From positions 41,441 through 105,440 of IMG/VR virus record IMGVR_UViG_3300037245_003487: 64,000 nt of DNA; one strand, written 5' to 3'. Each line of letters starts with the position of its first letter. Positions within the stretch are counted from its first letter, which is position 1. The position numbers and the translations under genes were made by a program. Shown one piece after another: positions 55,438 to 64,000 of the stretch. Under the pieces are notes generated by a model, which was not told the DNA's origin, did no database searches, and was given only the letters and a program-made list of their open reading frames with translations. The DNA comes from a virus (lineage: Duplodnaviria; Heunggongvirae; Uroviricota; Caudoviricetes).

Positions 55438-56405
55438 TTATCTAAAATCCTTATTTTGTCTCCTCCTGGTAAGAATCCAGGATGCTTGATTTGTTCTTTA
55501 TTTCTAAAATAAATTTCTTCACTTCTATTTATATCTTCGTATTTATCATAAGCTAATACTAAAGAATTCTCGGGTCCAGCTTTTGGTATATAATTATAAG
55601 ACTTCGATAATCCTTCTGCTAATAATAACATTTGATTTATAATAGTCTCTCTCATTCTATCGCCAACTTCAAATAATACATTATTATCAACCTGTGTTGT
55701 ACTACTGCCAACGCCTATAGCTGATGCTCCTGTTGATTCAGTTGAACTTAAATCATTTAAATAATTATCAAATCCAGTTTTAATTAAATCTTTATATTCT
55801 AATAACTCTTCTTGACTAAAAAAATCAGTCCTTATAGCTATTCTACATATATTAGTTAGCATTAAATATTTAAATGTTTCAATTATCAGAACAATATTAT
55901 GTGATTGTTCAGTTGTTGCATATCCTAGATCCACAATAACAAAATTATTAATAGCGTATAACATATTATTAATCAAAGATCTTCCTAGTGAATTAGGAAC
56001 TACATCGCCATTTAGTTTTACAAATGTACCTCTTGATATACCAGAATACTCACCTATTTCACCGCCTGAAAGGATAGTTGAAATTGTCATGAATATTGCA
56101 TATCTATCTGTGTCTTTTTGATTAACTATATAATCATTCTGAGTAGCGAATCCTTGGGTAGATGCTTGTTCATTTTGTATTTTTGATCCTAGTCCAGCTA
56201 TTATAGAAAATGAATTTGCTGAATTTTTTAATGCATTAAAAACGTCTGTTGAATTATCTATAACTGAAGTTATGGTACTTCTAATATAATTAATATTATT
56301 TTTAGTTTCATCTATAGCTTGTGTAGGAATTCCAATTATATTAGATATAGATTCCTGACAAGTCTCTAAGCATCTTAAGATTGTTGTGTATGTATTTAAA
56401 GCCAT
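55434..56405 (-). CDS. tail protein, probable C-terminal part of Mu gp43-like DNA circulation protein
   Basis: Follows DNA_circ_N homolog; 4-nt overlaps. Confidence 0.35.
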   Translation of the reverse strand: MALNTYTTILRCLETCQESISNIIGIPTQAIDETKNNINYIRSTITSVIDNSTDVFNALKNSANSFSIIAGLGSKIQNEQASTQGFATQNDYIVNQKDTDRYAIFMTISTILSGGEIGEYSGISRGTFVKLNGDVVPNSLGRSLINNMLYAINNFVIVDLGYATTEQSHNIVLIIETFKYLMLTNICRIAIRTDFFSQEELLEYKDLIKTGFDNYLNDLSSTESTGASAIGVGSSTTQVDNNVLFEVGDRMRETIINQMLLLAEGLSKSYNYIPKAGPENSLVLAYDKYEDINRSEEIYFRNKEQIKHPGFLPGGDKIRILDK

Positions 56406-56419
56406 TATTTATCCTAATA

Positions 56420-56926
56420 TTAATTTTGCATGAATTGGCCAGACGTGTCCATGTTTTGTGTAAAATTATCAGCTGATTGATCAGTACTTACGTTTGAAAA
56501 ATTGTCAACAATTTCTTTTCCTTCCTGAATAAAATTAGGTAATCTCGCTCCAGCCTCAACAAATGTAGCTGTAAATCTAACAATTCCACCTTCTTGGAAG
56601 TTTTCTTTAATTTTAGCTTGGCCTTTTATAGAAACCCTTTTTACACCTAAAAATGGATGAACTAAAACACCAGGTCCAAAACTTTGAAAAGCAGTCATTA
56701 ATCTATTTCTATCTGTGAAATAATTAAAATCATTAGTTGTGTTTTGAACGATATAACCTTCAATTGTATACTCAGTAGCCTTTCGACCTAAATCCTGCAC
56801 ATATGGGTTACTTCTATTCGCATATTCATGAACAACAGTTCTTCTACCCACAGATGTTTCAGCTGAACTTACCTTAAATGATATATTTTTAAAACTTGCA
56901 TTGAGTAATTTATTTCTCCATGACAT
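56420..56926 (-). CDS. DNA circulation protein N-terminal domain (Mu gp43 N-like)
   Basis: MSWRNKLLNASFKNISFKV...VGRRTVVHEYANRSNPYVQDLGRKA...FGPGVLVHPFLG. Confidence 0.55.
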   Translation of the reverse strand: MSWRNKLLNASFKNISFKVSSAETSVGRRTVVHEYANRSNPYVQDLGRKATEYTIEGYIVQNTTNDFNYFTDRNRLMTAFQSFGPGVLVHPFLGVKRVSIKGQAKIKENFQEGGIVRFTATFVEAGARLPNFIQEGKEIVDNFSNVSTDQSADNFTQNMDTSGQFMQN

Positions 56927-56927
56927 A

Positions 56928-59060
56928 TTACGCTCCTGGTGTTATGAATGGTGCTGTTCTACCAAATAGACTTTCATTTAATATAGCTAGAGGACCTGTA
57001 ACGTTTATTTGTCTTGCATCATTTCCGTCTTTAGCTATTTCATTGCCTTCTGCTAACAGGTCATTTACTTTTTTTTGCTCATCAAGCACTTTATTTAATA
57101 CTGGAACTACCCCTGCATTAAGCGCATCTATTGATTCATTACGACCAAATCCTTGCGATATATAAGAGTCAAGCACGTTCTTTTTTATTTTTCCATCTGC
57201 CCAGAATATTCTTTTATTTTGTTCTTTGAGTGAATTAGCCTTTCTACTTTCCCTATCTTGTTGAAAATTAAAAAATATTCTTCTTGTTTGAAGTACTTGA
57301 TCTGAAAAATTATTTAAGTCATCATTTAATTCTTTAAATGTTCCAAATCCTTCTGATGTTCCCCTAGCCTTCCCAAGTTTACTTTTAGCGTCAAGATATC
57401 TAAATGATTCAGAAAACGGAACATTTTTACCATATTTTCTTTCAATTTCATCTACTATAGGTTTATAAAACGCTATATCACTCTCAGCATCTCTCTTTTT
57501 TAATTTTTTTAATTGTGTTAATCCTGGATCTTTTATAAAAGCTTGTTTTTCAAGAACTTTTTGTGTAAACAATTCTTGTCTTTCCAAAATTTTTCTATTC
57601 ATCCTACCAACTTCTTCTTTTGATAAGTTTTCTACACCCTTTCTTGCTTCATCTAAAGCATTTCTATAATCACCGTATGTACCAGTTAATTCCTTATTCA
57701 ATCTTATTAATTTTTCTTGCGCTGTTTCAGCTTCATGAAATTGCATAACTATACTTGCTATTGCAATACCTAGTAATGTAAGTGCGACTATGGCTAGTGC
57801 TATTGGATTTGCAGCTAAAAAACCTATTGCCACGCTTATTTTTCCAATAATTATTAATAATGGACCCAGTGCTGCTGTTATAGAAACTATTCTTAATACC
57901 ATTTCCTTTTGCTTTTTTGTCATCTTAGAAAGAGCGTCTGCAAAACTTGAAAATTTATTAACCCACTTTTCAAATTTTGGCAATAAAACCTCACCAAAAC
58001 TTGAAGCCAGCTCCTGTATAGTTGCTATAAATTTATTCCATGCAACTCCAGCTCTATTTATGTGATTTTGCTGAATATCAAATGCTAGATTAGTAGCCCC
58101 CATAGAAGTGAACATTTCTTTGTATTTACTTTCAAATTCCTCTACTTGATTACCAGTTAATGCAAAAGCAGCTAAAAGTGCTCTTACTCTAGGAAATAAA
58201 GCAGCCATTGCTTGTTCATTACCTTTAGTAAATTCTTTAAGTTTTTGCATCATAGTAAGAATACCATCTTCTTTTAAGGTTTTTCTTAAACTTCCTTGAA
58301 AATGTACAATTGCTGCATCCATACCTTTAGTTGGCTTTAATAATCCATTAAATATACCTCTCATTTGAACAGCCACTTCGTTAGCATCACCAGTGATACC
58401 AGTTAACGCTGCGAATGTTCCAAATAAAGATTCTTGTTTAATGCCTAATTGCGCTGATAATGCAGTAACTTTTGTTATAGCATTGGCCATATCAGGAAAA
58501 GATGTTTGACCTAATTCATTTGTTTTAAATGCAAGATCTGATACTTTTTGTAATGCTTGATTAGAAGTATCGCCATAAGCTTTCGTTACAGCAGAAAGTA
58601 AATTTAAAGCGCTTGAAGTATCGGTACTTCCAGCTACAGCAGCTTTAGTAACTATACGCATTTTTTCCATAGCGTTAATACTTTCTTCTGCTGTTTTAGG
58701 AGGAAATGCTGATATAACCCAAAATAAACCTTGGGCTATGTCTTTAGAGCTTTTACCTGTCTCTTTAGATAGCTCAAAAACACCCTTTTTCAATTTATCT
58801 ATAGCTGCTAATGCTGGTCCCTTGCCAAATTTAGCTAATAAAGTACCGACCCTACCCATTGATTTATTAAAATCGTTAGCTGTTTTAATGGCAGCTACGC
58901 CTAAACCAACTAATGGTAATGTTACACCCATGGTCATTTTACGACCAGCTGCTGACATTTTTTTTCCAAATACACCCATTTTTTGAGATATAGTTTTTAA
59001 TCTTTTAGTAAGACGATCATCTAATTTTATTAGTACCGAAACGGTAGATGTTTTGCCCAT
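56928..59060 (-). CDS. tail tape measure protein
   Basis: 710 aa, helical with central TM-like segment, TP901-core-like region; 3-nt overlap with downstream gene. Confidence 0.75.
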   Translation of the reverse strand: MGKTSTVSVLIKLDDRLTKRLKTISQKMGVFGKKMSAAGRKMTMGVTLPLVGLGVAAIKTANDFNKSMGRVGTLLAKFGKGPALAAIDKLKKGVFELSKETGKSSKDIAQGLFWVISAFPPKTAEESINAMEKMRIVTKAAVAGSTDTSSALNLLSAVTKAYGDTSNQALQKVSDLAFKTNELGQTSFPDMANAITKVTALSAQLGIKQESLFGTFAALTGITGDANEVAVQMRGIFNGLLKPTKGMDAAIVHFQGSLRKTLKEDGILTMMQKLKEFTKGNEQAMAALFPRVRALLAAFALTGNQVEEFESKYKEMFTSMGATNLAFDIQQNHINRAGVAWNKFIATIQELASSFGEVLLPKFEKWVNKFSSFADALSKMTKKQKEMVLRIVSITAALGPLLIIIGKISVAIGFLAANPIALAIVALTLLGIAIASIVMQFHEAETAQEKLIRLNKELTGTYGDYRNALDEARKGVENLSKEEVGRMNRKILERQELFTQKVLEKQAFIKDPGLTQLKKLKKRDAESDIAFYKPIVDEIERKYGKNVPFSESFRYLDAKSKLGKARGTSEGFGTFKELNDDLNNFSDQVLQTRRIFFNFQQDRESRKANSLKEQNKRIFWADGKIKKNVLDSYISQGFGRNESIDALNAGVVPVLNKVLDEQKKVNDLLAEGNEIAKDGNDARQINVTGPLAILNESLFGRTAPFITPGA

Positions 59061-59175
59061 TATGTTCCTTTTGAGTTAAGCCATTTAACACCATCAAACC
59101 AAAAAAATAAATCTGATACTGTCATTTCCCAGATTTCAGATGGTTGAAAAGAGTATTTTTCAGCTATTACCCATA

Positions 59176-59475
59176 CTAGCTCGTAGTAGTTTCTAGGGAT
59201 TCCTCGGACTCCCCCATCATTAACCCCGAAACAATCTCTACTAGACTCATGTAGTCTACAACATTTACTTCTTCAATGTCTGCTTCAGTTAATCCAGTTA
59301 ATTCTGCAATTACTGGAATATATTTATGAGGGGATAAGTCTGTGCCATTATATAATTCTGCTGGTATTAATTTTAAATGTTTTGTTTTTAATTCTTTGAT
59401 TGTAACGTTTGTGATTGTAGTTGTTTTTCCATCATTTTCAATTTTGACTGGTTTTTTTAGTTTATATTTTTTCAT
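59176..59475 (-). CDS. tail assembly chaperone (tentative)
   Basis: Small acidic protein between tube and tape measure genes. Confidence 0.4.
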   Translation of the reverse strand: MKKYKLKKPVKIENDGKTTTITNVTIKELKTKHLKLIPAELYNGTDLSPHKYIPVIAELTGLTEADIEEVNVVDYMSLVEIVSGLMMGESEESLETTTS

Positions 59476-59507
59476 AAAATTTGCTCCTTAAGCTATTATG
59501 TTTTAGT

Positions 59508-59909
59508 TTAGCTTCCTGGTTCTTCTTCCCATTTGGCTCCCATGAACCTTAATGCTGTTTCACCTTCTCCTGCTGTTACAGTGAAGTTGTTAGAACAAGT
59601 TGCTTCTCTCATTGTATATTTTTTACCATTACCACCAGCTGCCTGGAATAGTAATGTTCCATTTTCAAATACTTGTGCATAAGTTTCCAGAGCAAATCCA
59701 GCTGTATCTGTTACTGTTACTTCACAAGCTGCTATTACTGGTTCTTCAACAAATCCATGAAGACCTGTATCTCCCAAAACTTCCTTTCTTTCTACTGGGA
59801 TACCACCAGGGGTATTAAGCCCTATTCCACTTGCTGTAGCTCCAGCTTTATTAATTAGTAGTTCTCCATTAAGATAAATTTCAACTCTACCTAATACTTT
59901 TCCTGCCAT
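59508..59909 (-). CDS. tail tube protein
   Basis: 133 aa directly after sheath gene (Mu M-like position). Confidence 0.55.
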   Translation of the reverse strand: MAGKVLGRVEIYLNGELLINKAGATASGIGLNTPGGIPVERKEVLGDTGLHGFVEEPVIAACEVTVTDTAGFALETYAQVFENGTLLFQAAGGNGKKYTMREATCSNNFTVTAGEGETALRFMGAKWEEEPGS

Positions 59910-59985
59910 TATTTTCTCCTATAGCAAGCAGGGCGATTAAACCCTGCATATATTTTGTTATTTTAAAAACCTGTATACCCTTTGT

Positions 59986-61545
59986 TTATAGGATGAACTG
60001 TAATTTTGATGCTGCGATCCTAAATTGGTTGATCAAGTCTGCGGGTAATAAAATATTGACTCTTGATTTATCAGTTTCATCTCTTTCAACTATTAGATTG
60101 GTTTTAAACTCTTCTAAATTTTCAATTAAACCTCTGTCCCTTAACTGTGAAAATAATGCAATTATCTCGCTCCTAATAACACTAGGAGTAACAACATTAC
60201 TTCCTGGGAATACTGGAAAAGAATTATCAGCAAGTTTCATTCTTGGTATGATAAATCTAGTTAACATTCTTGCTTTAAATTGATATCTTATTTCAGATAT
60301 TGTTGCTAAAGTATTTACATCTAAATAACTTGCATCAGAAATTCCAATACTATTTGTTTGATAGGTTGTTATAGCTCTATCAATTACAACATTTCCATTG
60401 AAATCAACTCTATAAGTAGCTATACCATCGGTTAATAAAACGTCCCTTTCAGCCCTTGTGAATCTATTAACTACAGGTGGTGGTAAAATTTCATCTAATT
60501 TAATATAATGCAATGGCCTTGCTGGATCATCATTAAGATACTTAGCAGCTTTTGCTCCATATGCAGCAGCCCATTCATCTGGTCCTGTTGGAGAATCATG
60601 ACATCCCATAATTGTATTATGAGGACTATTTCTTGTATTTCCTAATGTTGTACAGCTAGCAAGTGCCCCTCTTACAAATGTAAATCCTTGACCTTGTAGA
60701 TCTTCCAAAGGATCATATCTATTTGCAAGTTCGTCTTCTATAGAAGTAAGTGCATCAGCTTCAATTGAAGGTTGAATTATATATTCATATTGTTGATTAT
60801 CAACAATAGCCCAGACATCATCTAAATCTGCATAAGCACCAACCCCACTATTAGTGACCATAAATGTACTCATTGATGGAGCAACATTAGAGCCATTAGC
60901 GGTTCCAAAACATGTAGGATAATCCTGGCCGTCATAATAATTAAATCTTACATCGATATAATTACCATTTAATCCAGAATTTTTAGCATTCAAGTGTAAG
61001 ACTGCGCTTACAGCATCAAGACTAGCAAATACTGGATAACTATTATTAGCAGTTGATTGTGCATCACCGATTTTTGTAAAAATTACACTTGCTATATCAC
61101 TAGCTAACCATCCTGAAGTGATTTGAGTATAACACTTATATCCACCAATAAGTAAATATAGATATTCACCATTTGTAGAAGCACTTCCTCCATTATGACT
61201 TAAGATTCCTGAAAAGTCTATTTTAGCACTTGCTCTTGCTGTACCAGTACTAACCGTAACAGCATGTAGCTCTGTATTAGGATTGTTAATCTTAAATACA
61301 TTACACATTCTTGCTAATTCACATCCTGGCCCAAAAAAACCATCAGCCAAGCCATCAGATGTTATATTGTATAAAGTCAATGTTTCAGCAGTTGCATTAT
61401 ATCCATCATATGCATTACTATTGCCTATCATAAGCACTTTATGGGGATTAGCTACTAGCCCTTTTAAAGCTCTTGAGTTATCAACCTCTGTATATATTGA
61501 TGGAGTTCTTACGGTATCAGGTATATTGTTAAAACTAATAGCCAT
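59986..61545 (-). CDS. contractile tail sheath protein
   Basis: 519 aa; N-terminus MAISFNNIPDTVRTPSIYTEVDNSRA typical of sheath proteins. Confidence 0.7.
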   Translation of the reverse strand: MAISFNNIPDTVRTPSIYTEVDNSRALKGLVANPHKVLMIGNSNAYDGYNATAETLTLYNITSDGLADGFFGPGCELARMCNVFKINNPNTELHAVTVSTGTARASAKIDFSGILSHNGGSASTNGEYLYLLIGGYKCYTQITSGWLASDIASVIFTKIGDAQSTANNSYPVFASLDAVSAVLHLNAKNSGLNGNYIDVRFNYYDGQDYPTCFGTANGSNVAPSMSTFMVTNSGVGAYADLDDVWAIVDNQQYEYIIQPSIEADALTSIEDELANRYDPLEDLQGQGFTFVRGALASCTTLGNTRNSPHNTIMGCHDSPTGPDEWAAAYGAKAAKYLNDDPARPLHYIKLDEILPPPVVNRFTRAERDVLLTDGIATYRVDFNGNVVIDRAITTYQTNSIGISDASYLDVNTLATISEIRYQFKARMLTRFIIPRMKLADNSFPVFPGSNVVTPSVIRSEIIALFSQLRDRGLIENLEEFKTNLIVERDETDKSRVNILLPADLINQFRIAASKLQFIL

Positions 61546-61784
61546 TATTTACCTTCCTTTTTATTTTTAATTTCTTTTTTAATTTCTATTTTAGGTGGAT
61601 CGCAAATAACAATGCTTTTATCATTTAATCTACGTCTCCAATATTTTCCAGCCCGTCCTACCCAGGCCACCCACATTCCTTTAGTAGGTAATGGAGTAAG
61701 TTGTAAAGGATCTCTAACAAGCAATCCCTCAACAGGTTTTACATATTTATAACCTTTCATATTAATCTCCTGTATATTTCTCAA
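61545..61784 (-). CDS. hypothetical tail-module protein
   Basis: 79-aa basic protein upstream of sheath. Confidence 0.3.
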   Translation of the reverse strand: MRNIQEINMKGYKYVKPVEGLLVRDPLQLTPLPTKGMWVAWVGRAGKYWRRRLNDKSIVICDPPKIEIKKEIKNKKEGK

Positions 61785-62529
61785 ATCCAGATTGGAATCC
61801 TCTTGCGAACTGTCCTTGTTCTGGATGGTCTTTCATATCTATATAAACTGCTGTATTATCAGGCAACCTAACAGTTGGGAATCCATCATCAACTGGTAAA
61901 TCACCAGTATAAGGAATTCTTGAGCTAGGTGTCAGGATAATATTAGCATATATAATATCCCAATTATAAGCCTTTTGATCGTAATCATGAGGTCTTGGTG
62001 CTAATGCATATATAAGATCAGTTGTTTTCTGTTTTGTTAAAGGATCTATATCTGTTACGTATTCAGGTCTTAATCTTGAGTAATACTCAAATTCGAACTG
62101 ATAAAACATATAAGCATTATTAACACTTATCATTCTTTCACCACGAAAATAAACCAAGCTCTCGCTATTTTCAGTTTCCCATCCTATCATCGATCTAAAC
62201 AATCCATTTCGTATATCGTGCAGTTTATCAAAAGCCACAATTCCAGTTTTCTGTTTTTGTGATTCATCATTTCCTAATGCAACTACAATACCAAATCTTT
62301 CATATACTCTTTGAATTACAACATTATCACTTGTATTTGGATCTGCATCTGCAAATAATGGAATTACAAAGGCCATATCAGCTCTTAGTGTGTTTTTAAC
62401 AGCCATATCAAGTTCAGCTGCACCAGCAATTAAATCTCCAAAATATGGGATTATATTGCCATCTGAAACATAAGAAATTTTTTGTTTATCATCTCTTAAC
62501 TTTAGAACTATTTCACCAATTCGCATCAA
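61762..62529 (-). CDS. hypothetical virion/tail completion protein
   Basis: 255 aa in structural operon. Confidence 0.35.
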   Translation of the reverse strand: MMRIGEIVLKLRDDKQKISYVSDGNIIPYFGDLIAGAAELDMAVKNTLRADMAFVIPLFADADPNTSDNVVIQRVYERFGIVVALGNDESQKQKTGIVAFDKLHDIRNGLFRSMIGWETENSESLVYFRGERMISVNNAYMFYQFEFEYYSRLRPEYVTDIDPLTKQKTTDLIYALAPRPHDYDQKAYNWDIIYANIILTPSSRIPYTGDLPVDDGFPTVRLPDNTAVYIDMKDHPEQGQFARGFQSGFEKYTGD

Positions 62530-62962
62530 TTATCCTTTTAATCATCCTCGCTACATCCTCTGCTACGGTCAACCTATCGGCTGCAGGAAAAACAGAAGGT
62601 CTTGCGAGCATATTTTTAGTACCTTCTTCAAGATAATTAATATAAAATCCACTATCATTAAAAGTTACAGTCGCCTGTTTATTTGGAAGATCAAAACGAC
62701 TGATCATACTTTTGATTAAATTACCAGTTGCAATTGCAGGTGGAAATCCAGGTTTAGACGGCTTGTAATATCTACCATCTTTTCCTAAATATTTAAATCT
62801 ACCTGAATCTTTTTGGGTATTTTTCATGGAATTATAAATGTCTTGTCTTAACTTTTTAACTTGTCTATATAATTCTTTATTTAATTCAGATTCAATTACA
62901 CTTGAAGCTATTTTAAATTTTTGCATAGCTTCTTTTATACCTATGACTCTAAATACCATCAT
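62513..62962 (-). CDS. HK97 gp10-like neck / tail-completion protein
   Basis: ...KPSKPGFPPAIATGNLIKS... and position. Confidence 0.5.
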   Translation of the reverse strand: MMVFRVIGIKEAMQKFKIASSVIESELNKELYRQVKKLRQDIYNSMKNTQKDSGRFKYLGKDGRYYKPSKPGFPPAIATGNLIKSMISRFDLPNKQATVTFNDSGFYINYLEEGTKNMLARPSVFPAADRLTVAEDVARMIKRIIDANW

Positions 62963-62963
62963 T

Positions 62964-63476
62964 CTATTCGGGATAACCAGTACCTCTCTCTTCTTCTTCC
63001 ATACACTTTAAGGTAATCATTCTGCTATGTACATCATCAGGTATTACTTTTGTTATTCTAAAAAGCTTACCTCTGTATTGATTTTCTCTTTCAAGAAAAA
63101 CAAAATAATCAGCCTTAATTGGATTCATATCTATTACAGAATCAGTTCCTTCGCCAAATGCATTTGTAAAGGCAGTGCCTAAAGCATTTGTACTCCAACT
63201 ATCATATCCGTTACCAAAACCATCACCCATGCCTTTATGCGTTTTACCAATTACACTTGAGTATCTAACGACAAATCTATGAGATTCATAAACTTCATCA
63301 TTAGTTCCACGAATTGGATAATAACCAGCAACATTGCCAGTTCTTACATAATCTAATTTAGCCCATAAGCGAACTAATTTTTTATAAGTTAAATCGAATC
63401 CACCATCTGATCTAGGTGTTTGAATACCTCTCCATATTTGAATACGATTCCTTAATTTCGGTGCAAGCCATGCCAT
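62964..63476 (-). CDS. head-tail joining (head closure) protein
   Basis: RNRIQIWRG...W..L...WAKL...SHRFVVRY...GKLFRITKVIPD...ITLKCME matches Phage_H_T_join pattern. Confidence 0.6.
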   Translation of the reverse strand: MAWLAPKLRNRIQIWRGIQTPRSDGGFDLTYKKLVRLWAKLDYVRTGNVAGYYPIRGTNDEVYESHRFVVRYSSVIGKTHKGMGDGFGNGYDSWSTNALGTAFTNAFGEGTDSVIDMNPIKADYFVFLERENQYRGKLFRITKVIPDDVHSRMITLKCMEEEERGTGYPE

Positions 63477-63862
63477 TAATATTTAATCCCTTGATCTGTT
63501 CTAAATATATCCATTATAAACCTTGCTTTTGGTGGTAATGGCGTAGTAAAATCCCTTGTTTCATATAATTTTGTTACACCAGTCATTATTCCGTCTTTAA
63601 TTTCATGTGGCACACTTGATGCCGCTGCTCCATATCCTGCTATATATGTTATTCTATAGCCACCTACTTCTCTTTCTGAATTTTCAGGCAATGCAGCACT
63701 TTTCTTTATTATTAATCTTCCAGGTAATGAATCTGTATCTGTCATATAATTATCACTCGAATAAGTAGTTGCAGTATCATCCTCATCAACCGTTTCAACA
63801 CTTGTCACAGAAATTAAAGGAGACATAGGTAATTCTATAATATTAGTATTCCATGAATCCAT
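63476..63862 (-). CDS. gp6-like head-tail connector protein
   Basis: 128 aa, ...GGYRITYIAGYG... and position. Confidence 0.45.
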   Translation of the reverse strand: MDSWNTNIIELPMSPLISVTSVETVDEDDTATTYSSDNYMTDTDSLPGRLIIKKSAALPENSEREVGGYRITYIAGYGAAASSVPHEIKDGIMTGVTKLYETRDFTTPLPPKARFIMDIFRTDQGIKY

Positions 63863-64000
63863 GGATAATCTTATAGTTTGAGTGATTATAGATTTTCCTA
63901 AGTATAATTCGACTTGTTTTCTTATAGTTTTTATAAACCCTTCAAGTAGTTCGTCTTCATCGGTACCGTCTATTCTTGCGAATATTTTAACTTCTTCTAC

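Noticed and set aside
288-59858. All plus-strand ORFs in the supplied track (e.g. 288-521, 3486-3830, 14135-14602, 31375-31791, 47500-47802, 53649-54044, 59600-59818)
   Set aside because: They are Ile/Phe/Leu/Asn-rich low-complexity translations of the antisense of AT-rich minus-strand genes. None has an RBS, and several overlap tRNA genes. Treated as artefacts.

Overview
AT-rich (about 30% GC) window of a large tailed phage genome (or a prophage of a low-GC host). It is a Mu-like myovirus by its tail and baseplate gene order. Essentially every supported gene is on the minus strand, so transcription runs from high to low coordinates. All plus-strand ORFs in the track look like low-complexity artefacts. 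Reading 5'->3' along the minus strand (64000 down to 1), the window contains:
(1) 63.9-48.1 kb: head-tail connector and Mu-like tail module. Head-tail joining proteins, gp10-like neck, sheath, tube, chaperone, tape measure, a split gp43-like DNA-circularisation protein, gpD/gp44 hub, gpV spike, gp46, gp47 (baseplate J), gp48 and a beta-helix tail fibre.
(2) 47.9-45.1 kb: a free-standing HNH endonuclease and a lysis cassette (membrane proteins, M23 peptidase, terminator).
(3) 44.9-33.5 kb: replication and recombination. A zinc-ribbon-repeat nuclease, replisome organiser with embedded iterons, DnaB-like helicase, a Prs-like plus NAMPT-like gene pair that fits a NARP1-type NAD+ reconstitution pathway, a radical-SAM-like protein, a PD-(D/E)xK nuclease, a Sak4-like ATPase and SSB.
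(4) 33.4-23.9 kb: many small genes interleaved with a tRNA island. Clean tRNA-Gln, Gly, Glu, Met, Tyr and Lys sit next to several tRNA-like elements that are either interrupted by 50-75 nt insertions or present only as half-molecules. An RtcB N-terminal fragment is also here.
(5) 23.1-12.4 kb: MazG, an intein-containing ribonucleotide reductase, Dam methylase, metallophosphoesterase, a 37-bp direct-repeat pair with CRISPR-like geometry, a second M23 peptidase, an HD (p)ppGpp hydrolase and a 685-aa protein of unknown function.
(6) 9.8-0.5 kb: an apparent nonulosonic-acid (pseudaminic/legionaminic-like) sugar biosynthesis cassette (PseB-, PseC-, NeuB/PseI-, PseF-, Gfo/Idh/MocA- and GNAT-like). 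Two HNH homing endonucleases, tRNA-like fragments and a minimal Rnl-type ligase interrupt it.
All calls are from reading translated motifs and hand-folding. No database search was possible.
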